Below are positions 9,223-16,991 of a DNA stretch of 64,000 nucleotides, one piece after another. The DNA is from a virus. Numbering within the stretch: the first letter of the stretch is position 1; the number at the start of each line of letters is the position of its first letter. The position numbers were made by a program, and so were the translations under genes. Below the pieces are notes generated by a model. The model did no database searches and had not been told where the DNA came from. It was given only the letters and a program-made list of their open reading frames with translations. Location: positions 1 through 64,000 of IMG/VR virus record IMGVR_UViG_3300046536_000173, one strand, 5' to 3'.

Positions 9223-9702
9223 GTGCCCGATAACCCGACCGGCGCCCTGACGGCCTCCACGGGTCTCGGCACGCTGCGCTCGCTCGTGACCCTGTACCGC
9301 CGCGACCAGGAACCCGCCGACGACCTCGCGCTCCAGGAACGGCTGGTGCCGATCGCCACCGTGCACGCCGCGATCGACCCGACCTATGCGAGCACGTTTT
9401 ACCAGAGCACGCAGGTCGACCAGCCGGTGACGCACATGATCACGATCCGCTGGCAGGATTACCCCGCGACGATCGAGGTCATCGCGCGCTCGACCGATCG
9501 ACCCGGAGGCGGGCAGCGCACTGAACTTTTCCGGGTGCGCCGCACGAAGGAAGTCGGAGGCCGCAAGCGCTTCCTTCAGATGGAGTGCGAGATCGAGCAC
9601 GCCCGCGCGACGCCCAACGACAGCGACGGAACCCGCAACGCGATGTTGACGGAGCCCTATGACGGCGCCGCCGCCGCGCCGCCTGGAGTGAACCCGCTAT
9701 GA
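9223..9702 (+). CDS. Head closure / head-tail adaptor
   Basis: VTHMITIRW, RFLQMEC; position after connector. Confidence 0.8.
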   Translation: MPDNPTGALTASTGLGTLRSLVTLYRRDQEPADDLALQERLVPIATVHAAIDPTYASTFYQSTQVDQPVTHMITIRWQDYPATIEVIARSTDRPGGGQRTELFRVRRTKEVGGRKRFLQMECEIEHARATPNDSDGTRNAMLTEPYDGAAAAPPGVNPL

Positions 9703-9866
9703 CGCTGATCCTGATCATCGTGCTGGTGCTCCTCCTCGCCGGGGGCGGCTACGGATGGCGCGCCGGATACTACGGACCCGCCGACCCGCTGGGCCTGATC
9801 CTGATCGTGCTTCTCGTGCTCCTCCTGGTCGGATTGCTTGGCGGACCTCGCTGGGGACTCTGGTGA
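9699..9866 (+). CDS. Small two-TM protein, DUF3309-like
   Basis: MTLILIIVLVLLLAGGGYGW...GLILIVLLVLLLVG; conserved at 52108-52275. Confidence 0.7.
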   Translation: MTLILIIVLVLLLAGGGYGWRAGYYGPADPLGLILIVLLVLLLVGLLGGPRWGLW

Positions 9867-10387
9867 TGTCCGATCTGAAGCTGACCGTCACGAACTGGGG
9901 CACCGTCGCGCTCGACAAGCGCGAGATCACGAAGCTCATGCGCGCCGCTGGCAACGACGTGAAAAGCAAGACCTCGCGCCTGATCAACAAAAGCACGGGC
10001 GGGGGCCGGAGCTATTTCGGACCCGCTGGCCGCTATACCGCGTCGTCGCCCGGAGCGCCGCCCGTGCGCGTGTCCGGGGATCTGAGATCGAGCTTGCGCA
10101 CCTATGTTTTCCGCTCCGGCGAGGGCTTCGCCGTCCGCGCCCGCGCCGCTTACGCGACACCGCTCGAAGCCGGGGCCTTTGGCGGTGCGCCCGGAAGCTC
10201 GAAGCGCCGCGAACATCGCAAGCTGTCCGCGCCCGTCCGCAAAGCCCGCGCCAAGGCACGGGGCGACAACCGCGAGATGGCACCGCGCCCCTTCCTCGAT
10301 CGCGTGATGTCGGAGGAAGCGCCCGAACTCGATCGCCGCGTGCGCAAAGCGCTCGAAGGCGCGTTGACCTGGAGGGAAACGAAGTGA
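9866..10387 (+). CDS. HK97 gp10-like neck/tail completion protein
   Basis: ASSPGAPP..SGDLRSS, MAPRPFL. Confidence 0.8.
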   Translation: MSDLKLTVTNWGTVALDKREITKLMRAAGNDVKSKTSRLINKSTGGGRSYFGPAGRYTASSPGAPPVRVSGDLRSSLRTYVFRSGEGFAVRARAAYATPLEAGAFGGAPGSSKRREHRKLSAPVRKARAKARGDNREMAPRPFLDRVMSEEAPELDRRVRKALEGALTWRETK

Positions 10388-11034
10388 GCACGACGACCGC
10401 GACGCCCGCGATCAGCATCATGGGTTCGCTCATCGCGTCGCTTCGCGCGAATGCTCCGATCTTCGGCGGACGCGTCGCCGGAGCCGCCGAATTTTACGCG
10501 GGCCTGAAAAATTACAACACGTCGATGGCGCTTCCCGCCGCTTACGTGCTCCCGCTTGGGCAGGAAGCGGAGCCGAACAAATACTGGGGAGGGCTGGTGC
10601 AGATCGTGCACAAAACGATCGGCATCGCCGTCGAGCTTGACGCGCAAACCGATCGACGCGGACAGGCCCCCGCGATGAACTTCGAGGAGATCGAGGCGCA
10701 GCTTTTCGCCTCCGTGCTCAACATCACGATCGACGAATGCCGCATGGTGCAAGGCGCGAACTTCGCTGGCGCCCGCTACCTCGACCTCGATCGCGCCCGC
10801 CTGTTCTATCAGTGGGAATTCCTCCTCGATTGGCAGATCACCGACGCGGACGGCGTGCAACCCGTCTCCGTGCCGCTCCAGCACGTCGAGATGGACATCT
10901 TCCACGCGCCGGGGGCTGTCGGTGTGCCCGGTTCGATCCCCGCCGCCGTCGTCGTCGTGCCGACCGGTGAGCCGCCGTATCCCCCGCCGACCAATGGGCC
11001 TTGGCCTGATCCCACCGCGAAGGAACCCGCCTGA
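10384..11034 (+). CDS. Tail terminator-like protein
   Basis: GGRVAGAAEF, LPAAYVLP, LDRARLFYQWEF; GTG start. Confidence 0.75.
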   Translation: MSTTTATPAISIMGSLIASLRANAPIFGGRVAGAAEFYAGLKNYNTSMALPAAYVLPLGQEAEPNKYWGGLVQIVHKTIGIAVELDAQTDRRGQAPAMNFEEIEAQLFASVLNITIDECRMVQGANFAGARYLDLDRARLFYQWEFLLDWQITDADGVQPVSVPLQHVEMDIFHAPGAVGVPGSIPAAVVVVPTGEPPYPPPTNGPWPDPTAKEPA

Positions 11035-13628
11035 TGGCGAGTAATATCGATTCATCGAAGCCTTCCAGCCCGATCGCGTATACCAGCGATATGCGCGGCA
11101 ATTTCGCGTCCGCGAAAGCTGAGATCGAGTTTCTACAAACTCAGATGGGCAGTCTTGAGGATGCTGGCCCCTATCTACCTACAGCCGGGGGCACCGTCGG
11201 TCCGCTTTACTACACGGCGACCGGTGGAACGGTGTCGCGGTCGGCGCAGGATCGCTCCGCTGACGTGGCGAACGTGCTGGACTTTGGTGCCGATCCAACT
11301 GGCGTTGCCGACAGTTCAGCGGCGATCAACGCGGCGGCGGCGGTCGTGGCGTCGGGCAGCACACGGCACAAGGCGGTTTATCTTCCAACCGGAACTTATC
11401 GCGTCAACCATCAGATCAATCTGACCGCCTGCCAGGCGTTTTATGGCGGCAGTCGTGGCTCATCCGTGCTGATGATCGATGATCAGTTCGATCCGGCGGC
11501 CACGGCGGTCCTGTTTGTCACGGCCTCGCTTTACGACGCGGGTCCGGTGCTGCGTGACTTCGGGATCACGTTCGCGCAGCCACAGGACCAGGGATCGCGG
11601 GCCAACTTCAAGACCCTGGCACAAGGAGGCACGTCGCACCCTGGCGGCACGGGCGTTAAATATCCGTGGGCGATAGCATCAGGCGCCGAGAGCTTTCGCA
11701 TCCAGTGCATACGTTTGCGTATCGGCGCCGCGTGGGACGGGATCACCACCAACGGCCACAACACGGTTTTCTATCTCGAAGACATCGAGATGAGCGCGTT
11801 TGATTGTGGCACGTCACTGGGAGAGGGTGCCAACGGTGTTTATGATTTCTCTCATATGACAAACTACCATTTCTGGAACTTTGAGATAAGCTCAACACTG
11901 ATGAATGTCTTCGCTGATGGCCAGACCATCGCGTTACGCGTCGGTGCTCAGAATGGCTTGAATGCGCACGGCATCTGTTGCCTGTTTGGGCGTGTCGTCT
12001 TTACCTCGCAGGCGTCGGGGGGTTGGTTCCATATCACCAACCTCGCGCTCGACTATTATCAGTCCACGCTTGAGGTCGCGGCGGCGGCTTTCCTGCAAAT
12101 CACCAACATGTATTCGACTTCCGGCGTTGGTGCCCCGCGCCCTTGTATTGACATAACCGCGACGACGTCCGCGACCAAGGTATTGATCACCAACGCGATG
12201 CTGGCGAGCGACACGGCGCTGCCGCAACTCCGTGTGGCGGGCGGCGATGTGACCGTGGTCGCGGCTTACATTCAACAGGGTGATATAACGTCTCCCGCCA
12301 TCGTCACATTGGGAGGCACGACGCGGCTGAACGACATCAAGATTTATCCCGGCACCGGAGCATGGACGCAGGCGCTTATTTCACAGAACGGAGCGAGCGT
12401 CTTACAGGTCGATAACCTCGATGTGGGCAGTGTGCCGGGCGCTACTGGCATCGCCGTGCAAATAAACGTTGATAATGTCGGCAATATCCTGGGCAAGCTG
12501 GCGCTCGCCGCTGGCTGGCGGACTGTTGTCGCCTATGGTCCGAACGGCGACTACGGCAAGGTTTTCAGCCCAAAGAATGACGCGACCAGCTATCAGGTCG
12601 GGAGTTATTCATTCTCTGTGTTTGGCGCGAGCGCGCACGGTTGCACCGCTTTTGGCTATCAGGCGCTGGTGCAAAATCAGGACACTGCGCTGCACAACAC
12701 GGCGTTCGGCATGAGCGCGGGGTTCGGTGTCACGACGGGTGGTGACAATACCTTTATCGGCTACGCGTCAGGCAACTCGGGACCAGTCACCGGAACGGGC
12801 AATACGTGCATCGGCAGCACTACGGGGTATTTGTTGACGAGCGGTTCAAATAATACGTTGATCGGGACCTACGCCGACCAGGGTGGTTTTACCAGCGGTT
12901 CAAATAATATCGTCTTGGGAACGAACCTTGGCGTGGGGTCCGTTGGTGTCACGGGCTCAAACAGCATGAACCTTGGCGGGATTATTTATACAACGGGGAT
13001 CAATACGCCCGCGACCTCGGTGACCACGGTATCGGGGAGATTGAACGCGATAACATTGTTTACGAACAGCAATATTCAGTCGGGTCTGTTAACTCCTGGT
13101 AACCCAGGACGCGTGGTTATGACCGGAGCGACAGGCGAACAAAGAGCGCTTATTTACCTTGGTCCAGCGGGTAACCTCTGGACCGCGCAAACGTCCGGGG
13201 CCTCGGACGATTACATACTGGCGAGATGGGATAACAGCGGTGGCTACCAAGGCAACCCCATATCCGTTAGCAGGGCGACCGGCGTGGTCACCTTCTCGCA
13301 ACCTATCGTCAACGGTTCCGATCGCAGCCTGAAAACCAACATAGAGCCGATCACCGGAGCGCTTGCCATCGTCAGTCAGCTACAGGGTGTTTTCTATAAA
13401 CACCGAGACGCGGCGCGGCGACAGGTCGGCCTGATCGCGCAAGATGTCCTGATGCCTCTGCCAGAGGTTGTTTTCGATGTTGGCCCGGAACTAGGAGAGG
13501 ACGGCAAACCAAGAGGAGGTGAGGGCGCACCCAATCTGTTGGGGATCGCTTATCCAAATATCGTCGCGGTTCTGATCGAAGCTATCAAGGAACTTAACGC
13601 GAAGCTCGCGGGGGCGGGGGCGGTATGA
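11034..13628 (+). CDS. Tailspike/depolymerase: pectate-lyase-like beta-helix, beta-solenoid repeats, C-terminal S74 intramolecular chaperone (copy 1 only)
   Basis: NVLDFGADPTGVADSSAAI...VYLPTGTY; NTFIG/NTCIG/NNTLIG repeats; SDRSLKTNI...GLIAQDV; visibly lower GC. Confidence 0.85.
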   Translation: MASNIDSSKPSSPIAYTSDMRGNFASAKAEIEFLQTQMGSLEDAGPYLPTAGGTVGPLYYTATGGTVSRSAQDRSADVANVLDFGADPTGVADSSAAINAAAAVVASGSTRHKAVYLPTGTYRVNHQINLTACQAFYGGSRGSSVLMIDDQFDPAATAVLFVTASLYDAGPVLRDFGITFAQPQDQGSRANFKTLAQGGTSHPGGTGVKYPWAIASGAESFRIQCIRLRIGAAWDGITTNGHNTVFYLEDIEMSAFDCGTSLGEGANGVYDFSHMTNYHFWNFEISSTLMNVFADGQTIALRVGAQNGLNAHGICCLFGRVVFTSQASGGWFHITNLALDYYQSTLEVAAAAFLQITNMYSTSGVGAPRPCIDITATTSATKVLITNAMLASDTALPQLRVAGGDVTVVAAYIQQGDITSPAIVTLGGTTRLNDIKIYPGTGAWTQALISQNGASVLQVDNLDVGSVPGATGIAVQINVDNVGNILGKLALAAGWRTVVAYGPNGDYGKVFSPKNDATSYQVGSYSFSVFGASAHGCTAFGYQALVQNQDTALHNTAFGMSAGFGVTTGGDNTFIGYASGNSGPVTGTGNTCIGSTTGYLLTSGSNNTLIGTYADQGGFTSGSNNIVLGTNLGVGSVGVTGSNSMNLGGIIYTTGINTPATSVTTVSGRLNAITLFTNSNIQSGLLTPGNPGRVVMTGATGEQRALIYLGPAGNLWTAQTSGASDDYILARWDNSGGYQGNPISVSRATGVVTFSQPIVNGSDRSLKTNIEPITGALAIVSQLQGVFYKHRDAARRQVGLIAQDVLMPLPEVVFDVGPELGEDGKPRGGEGAPNLLGIAYPNIVAVLIEAIKELNAKLAGAGAV

Positions 13629-13846
13629 GCGGTTTCAACGAGCAGGCCATTCCCGTCAGCCTGTCCCGGCAGCAATGGGACCACGTCCTGACCATGATCG
13701 CGCGGCAACCGTTCGACCAGTGCGCGCCGCTGATCGGTGAAATCCAGCGCCAGATTCAGATGCAAGAGGTGCGGAGCCGGGCCACGATGCAGCAGCCCCG
13801 GCTGGTGCCGGGAGATTATGGGCCGATCGAGCAACCGGCGGAATGA
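13625..13846 (+). CDS. Small protein coupled to tailspike (possible chaperone; copy 1 only)
   Basis: ATGA overlap; gained or lost together with the tailspike. Confidence 0.65.
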   Translation: MSGFNEQAIPVSLSRQQWDHVLTMIARQPFDQCAPLIGEIQRQIQMQEVRSRATMQQPRLVPGDYGPIEQPAE

Positions 13847-13882
13847 TGCCGCCTCGCGTCTGTTAACAAAGGAGAATCGCAG

Positions 13883-14092
13883 ATGAAAATAATCCCCGTG
13901 CCCGGTCGAACCGTGCGCGATCCTCACTCGATGGCGCTGTTGACGGAGGAGGGCCGCGAGGTGCCAGACGGCGACCCGTTCTGGCTCCGTCGCCTCCGAG
14001 ACGGAGACGTGACGAAGGAAGAACAGCAACCCGCCCGCGCCGCGCCGACGCGCCAGCCGCCGCGCCCCGATCCCGCGCACAAGGAGTCCTGA
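13883..14092 (+). CDS. Mu gp38-like protein (DUF2635)
   Basis: PGRTVRDP...EGREVP...FWLRRLRDGDV. Confidence 0.9.
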   Translation: MKIIPVPGRTVRDPHSMALLTEEGREVPDGDPFWLRRLRDGDVTKEEQQPARAAPTRQPPRPDPAHKES

Positions 14093-14095
14093 TCG

Positions 14096-15568
14096 ATGGC
14101 GATCAATTTCACCTACTATCCGACCTCGAACCGGGTTCCCGGTGTGTACGTCGAGATGGACCCTTCGCAGGCGAACACCGCGACGGTGCTCCAGAATACA
14201 CTGGTGATCGGCCAGATCGCCGCCGATGGCACCGCGATAGCCGACCATCCGACGCTGATCGAAAGCAAGGCGCAATTGCTGACACTGTGCGGCAAAGGCT
14301 CGATGCTCAACGCGATGGGAAGCCGTTACCTCGACCGCGATCCCTTCGGCCCGCTCTACATCTTGCCGATCGCCGATGATGCCGCCGCCGTCGCCGCGAC
14401 CGGGACGATCGTGCTCGCCGGCCCCGCCACGTCGTCGGGCACGCTGAATGTCTATATCGGCGGGTTGCGCGTGCGCTCGCTCGTGTCGCTCAACGACACC
14501 GCGACGACGATCGGGGTCGCGCTCGCGAGCGCGATCAACGCGACGGAGCACATTGAGGTGACCGCCGTCGCCGCGCTCGGCACTGTGACCCTGACCTCGA
14601 TCGGCAAGGGTCAGGCGTTCAACAGCATCGACATCCGATCCAACTATCTCGGCGCCGCCGGCGGTGAATATGACGTGCCGGGTGTCACGCTGACGATCAC
14701 TCCAATGACGGGCGGAACGGGCAACCCGAACATCGCGCCCGCGCTCGCGAACCTGTCGGATCAGCCTTACGATTTCATCATCACGCCTTACACCGACACG
14801 GCGAACCTCGACGCGCTGCGCGGCCTCCTCGCCGACGACGTGGGCCGCTGGTCGTGGGAACAGATGATCTACGGCGGGGCCTTCACCGCCTTCCGTGGCA
14901 CGCTTGGCGAGTGCACGACATTCGGTAACGGACGCAACGATCAGCACATGTCTGTCGTCGCTTTCAACGACAGCCCCGATCCGCCCTGGATTTGGGCGGC
15001 GGAGATGGGAGCCGCGTCCGCCGCGAGCTTGCGCGTCGATCCGGGGCTTCCGCTGCAATACATCAACACGACGCTGAAGGCGCCGCCGATCGCCTCCCGC
15101 TGGACGCTGGGGGAGCGCAATACGCTCCTCTATGACGGCATGAGCACCTTCCGCACCGGAGACGACGGGACGGTGATCGTCGAGCGCATGGCGACGACCT
15201 ATCAAAAGAACGCCGCAGGTGCCACCGACAACAGCTATCTCGATGTCGAGACGATGTATGGCCTGATGTTCGTCGCGCGCGACCTGTCCAACTATCTCCT
15301 GACCCGCTACGCGCGCAAAAAGCTGGTGAGCGATCAGACGATGATCCTCGCCGGTTCGAATTGCGTCAACGCGCCGATGATCCGGGCGAGCGTGATCAGC
15401 GAATACCGCGCGATGGAAGCGGCGGGGTATGTGCAGAATTCTCGCGAATTCGCGCGCAACGTCATCGTCGAAAACGCGGGCAACGGTCTGGTGAAAATCC
15501 TCGCGCCCGTCGATCTCGTGAATCAGCTTCGGCAGATCGCGATCCTGTTGCAATTCAGAAAAAGCTAA
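14096..15568 (+). CDS. Contractile tail sheath (Mu gpL-like)
   Basis: RVPGVYVEMDPSQAN, ERNTLLYDG, YLDVET, DLVNQLR. Confidence 0.96.
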   Translation: MAINFTYYPTSNRVPGVYVEMDPSQANTATVLQNTLVIGQIAADGTAIADHPTLIESKAQLLTLCGKGSMLNAMGSRYLDRDPFGPLYILPIADDAAAVAATGTIVLAGPATSSGTLNVYIGGLRVRSLVSLNDTATTIGVALASAINATEHIEVTAVAALGTVTLTSIGKGQAFNSIDIRSNYLGAAGGEYDVPGVTLTITPMTGGTGNPNIAPALANLSDQPYDFIITPYTDTANLDALRGLLADDVGRWSWEQMIYGGAFTAFRGTLGECTTFGNGRNDQHMSVVAFNDSPDPPWIWAAEMGAASAASLRVDPGLPLQYINTTLKAPPIASRWTLGERNTLLYDGMSTFRTGDDGTVIVERMATTYQKNAAGATDNSYLDVETMYGLMFVARDLSNYLLTRYARKKLVSDQTMILAGSNCVNAPMIRASVISEYRAMEAAGYVQNSREFARNVIVENAGNGLVKILAPVDLVNQLRQIAILLQFRKS

Positions 15569-15583
15569 GGGGAGCGCCGCGCA

Positions 15584-15949
15584 ATGGCCGCTTGTGAAAG
15601 ACTCGCCGGTATCACCGGACTCACGATCGACGGGAACGCTTACATGGTAGTTTCCGATGTAACCTGGTCCCCCGCCAAATGGAAACGCGAGACGCTTGTC
15701 GGCCTCGACAGCGTGCACGGCTTCAGCGAGGTGCCAATTCAGGGCTACATCGAGGCGACGCTACGCGACAGCGGCGAGATCAGCGTCGGCGACTTCAACG
15801 ATATGCGATGCGTCGAGGTGCTCGTGACCCTCGCGAACGGAAAGGTCGTCGGAGGCGCGAACATGTGGAACACGTCCGCGCTCGAAGTCCGCGCCGCCGA
15901 AGGCACTTTTCAGGTGCGCTTCGACGGCATAGACGTGTCGGAGTCCTGA
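15584..15949 (+). CDS. Tail tube (Mu gpM-like)
   Basis: RETLVGLDSVHGFSEVP..GYIE; LANGK. Confidence 0.92.
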   Translation: MAACERLAGITGLTIDGNAYMVVSDVTWSPAKWKRETLVGLDSVHGFSEVPIQGYIEATLRDSGEISVGDFNDMRCVEVLVTLANGKVVGGANMWNTSALEVRAAEGTFQVRFDGIDVSES

Positions 15950-15951
15950 TC

Positions 15952-16302
15952 ATGGCGCTGTCCGCGATCACGCGCGACGAATTCGAGCCGATCGACCCGA
16001 TCGAGGAGGAGCCGCAGGCGCGCACACTCGACATCGACATCGACGTGACGTTTCAAAAGAAGCGCTTCACGTCGCTTCACCTGGAGGAGCCGACCGCGAA
16101 GCAATTGGAGCGCGCCGAGCTTGAACTGAACACCGCGAACCCGACAGCCTACACGATGCGGCGGTATCAGATCGCGCTTGTCGCCTCCGTCGCCGGGGTG
16201 CCGCGCGAGGTTGTGCTAGAGCTTAAATTCAGCCAACTAAACGAGGCTTTCGATTTTTTGGCCGACTTGCTCGATCGTTCCCAAAAGGATGGCCCGACCT
16301 GA
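15952..16302 (+). CDS. Tail assembly chaperone; -1 frameshift extension ends at 16439
   Basis: LHLEEPTAKQ; TTTTTTG slippery site; -1 frame reads DLTRFWGWGPHDAWGL...WWAEQA (P2 gpE'-like). Confidence 0.88.
   Translation: MALSAITRDEFEPIDPIEEEPQARTLDIDIDVTFQKKRFTSLHLEEPTAKQLERAELELNTANPTAYTMRRYQIALVASVAGVPREVVLELKFSQLNEAFDFLADLLDRSQKDGPT
16254..16260 (+). other. Programmed -1 frameshift slippery heptamer TTTTTTG
   Basis: Same heptamer as P2 E/E'; conserved at 55790-55796. Confidence 0.85.
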
Positions 16303-16439
16303 TCGCGGACCTGACTCGGTTCTGGGGCTGGGGTCCGCATGACGCCTGGGGACTGACGGGCACGCAATTGGTCTGGTGGGCTGAACAGGCGCACCGGATC
16401 GCCGACCGCGAGCGCGAAGCGCGGGAAGCTCACAGGTAA

Positions 16440-16991
16440 ATGGCGAAACCACGATCATCAATGACAGCGGAGGAGCGGGCGCGAGCCGACGCCAGGGTGC
16501 GCGCGTGGGTTGTCGCGAACCCTGACAGACGCAAGACGATCGCTCGCGCCTGGGCGCGCGCATGGCGCGACGACAACGCGGAATTGGCCCGTGAACAAGC
16601 CCAGCGCTACCGCAACCCTGCCAGGGATCGCATCCGCTATCACACCGACCCGCAATATCGCGCCGTCAATCAACTGCGCTGCAAATTGCACGACGCGGTG
16701 AAGCGATTGCCCACAAAGACGCGCCTCCTGGCAAGGTGGGGCGCGCGCTCGACGATCGGCCCGCTGATTGGGTGCTCGCCCTCGGACCTGAAGTCGCACC
16801 TCGAAGCGCTGTTCCGACCTGGAATGTCCTGGGCGAACTATGGGCGCGGGGGTTGGGAAATCGACCATATCAAGCCGTGCGCGTCGTTCGATCTGACCGA
16901 TCCCGATCAATGCCGCGCGTGTTTCCATTATTCCAATCTGCGCCCGCTCTGGTTCAAGGATAATCAAGCCGCGCGAAGGATACCCGGCTAA
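16440..16991 (+). CDS. Free-standing HNH homing endonuclease (copy 1 only)
   Basis: MSWANYG..WEIDHIKPC..FDL...CFHYSNLRPLW..DN. Confidence 0.88.
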   Translation: MAKPRSSMTAEERARADARVRAWVVANPDRRKTIARAWARAWRDDNAELAREQAQRYRNPARDRIRYHTDPQYRAVNQLRCKLHDAVKRLPTKTRLLARWGARSTIGPLIGCSPSDLKSHLEALFRPGMSWANYGRGGWEIDHIKPCASFDLTDPDQCRACFHYSNLRPLWFKDNQAARRIPG

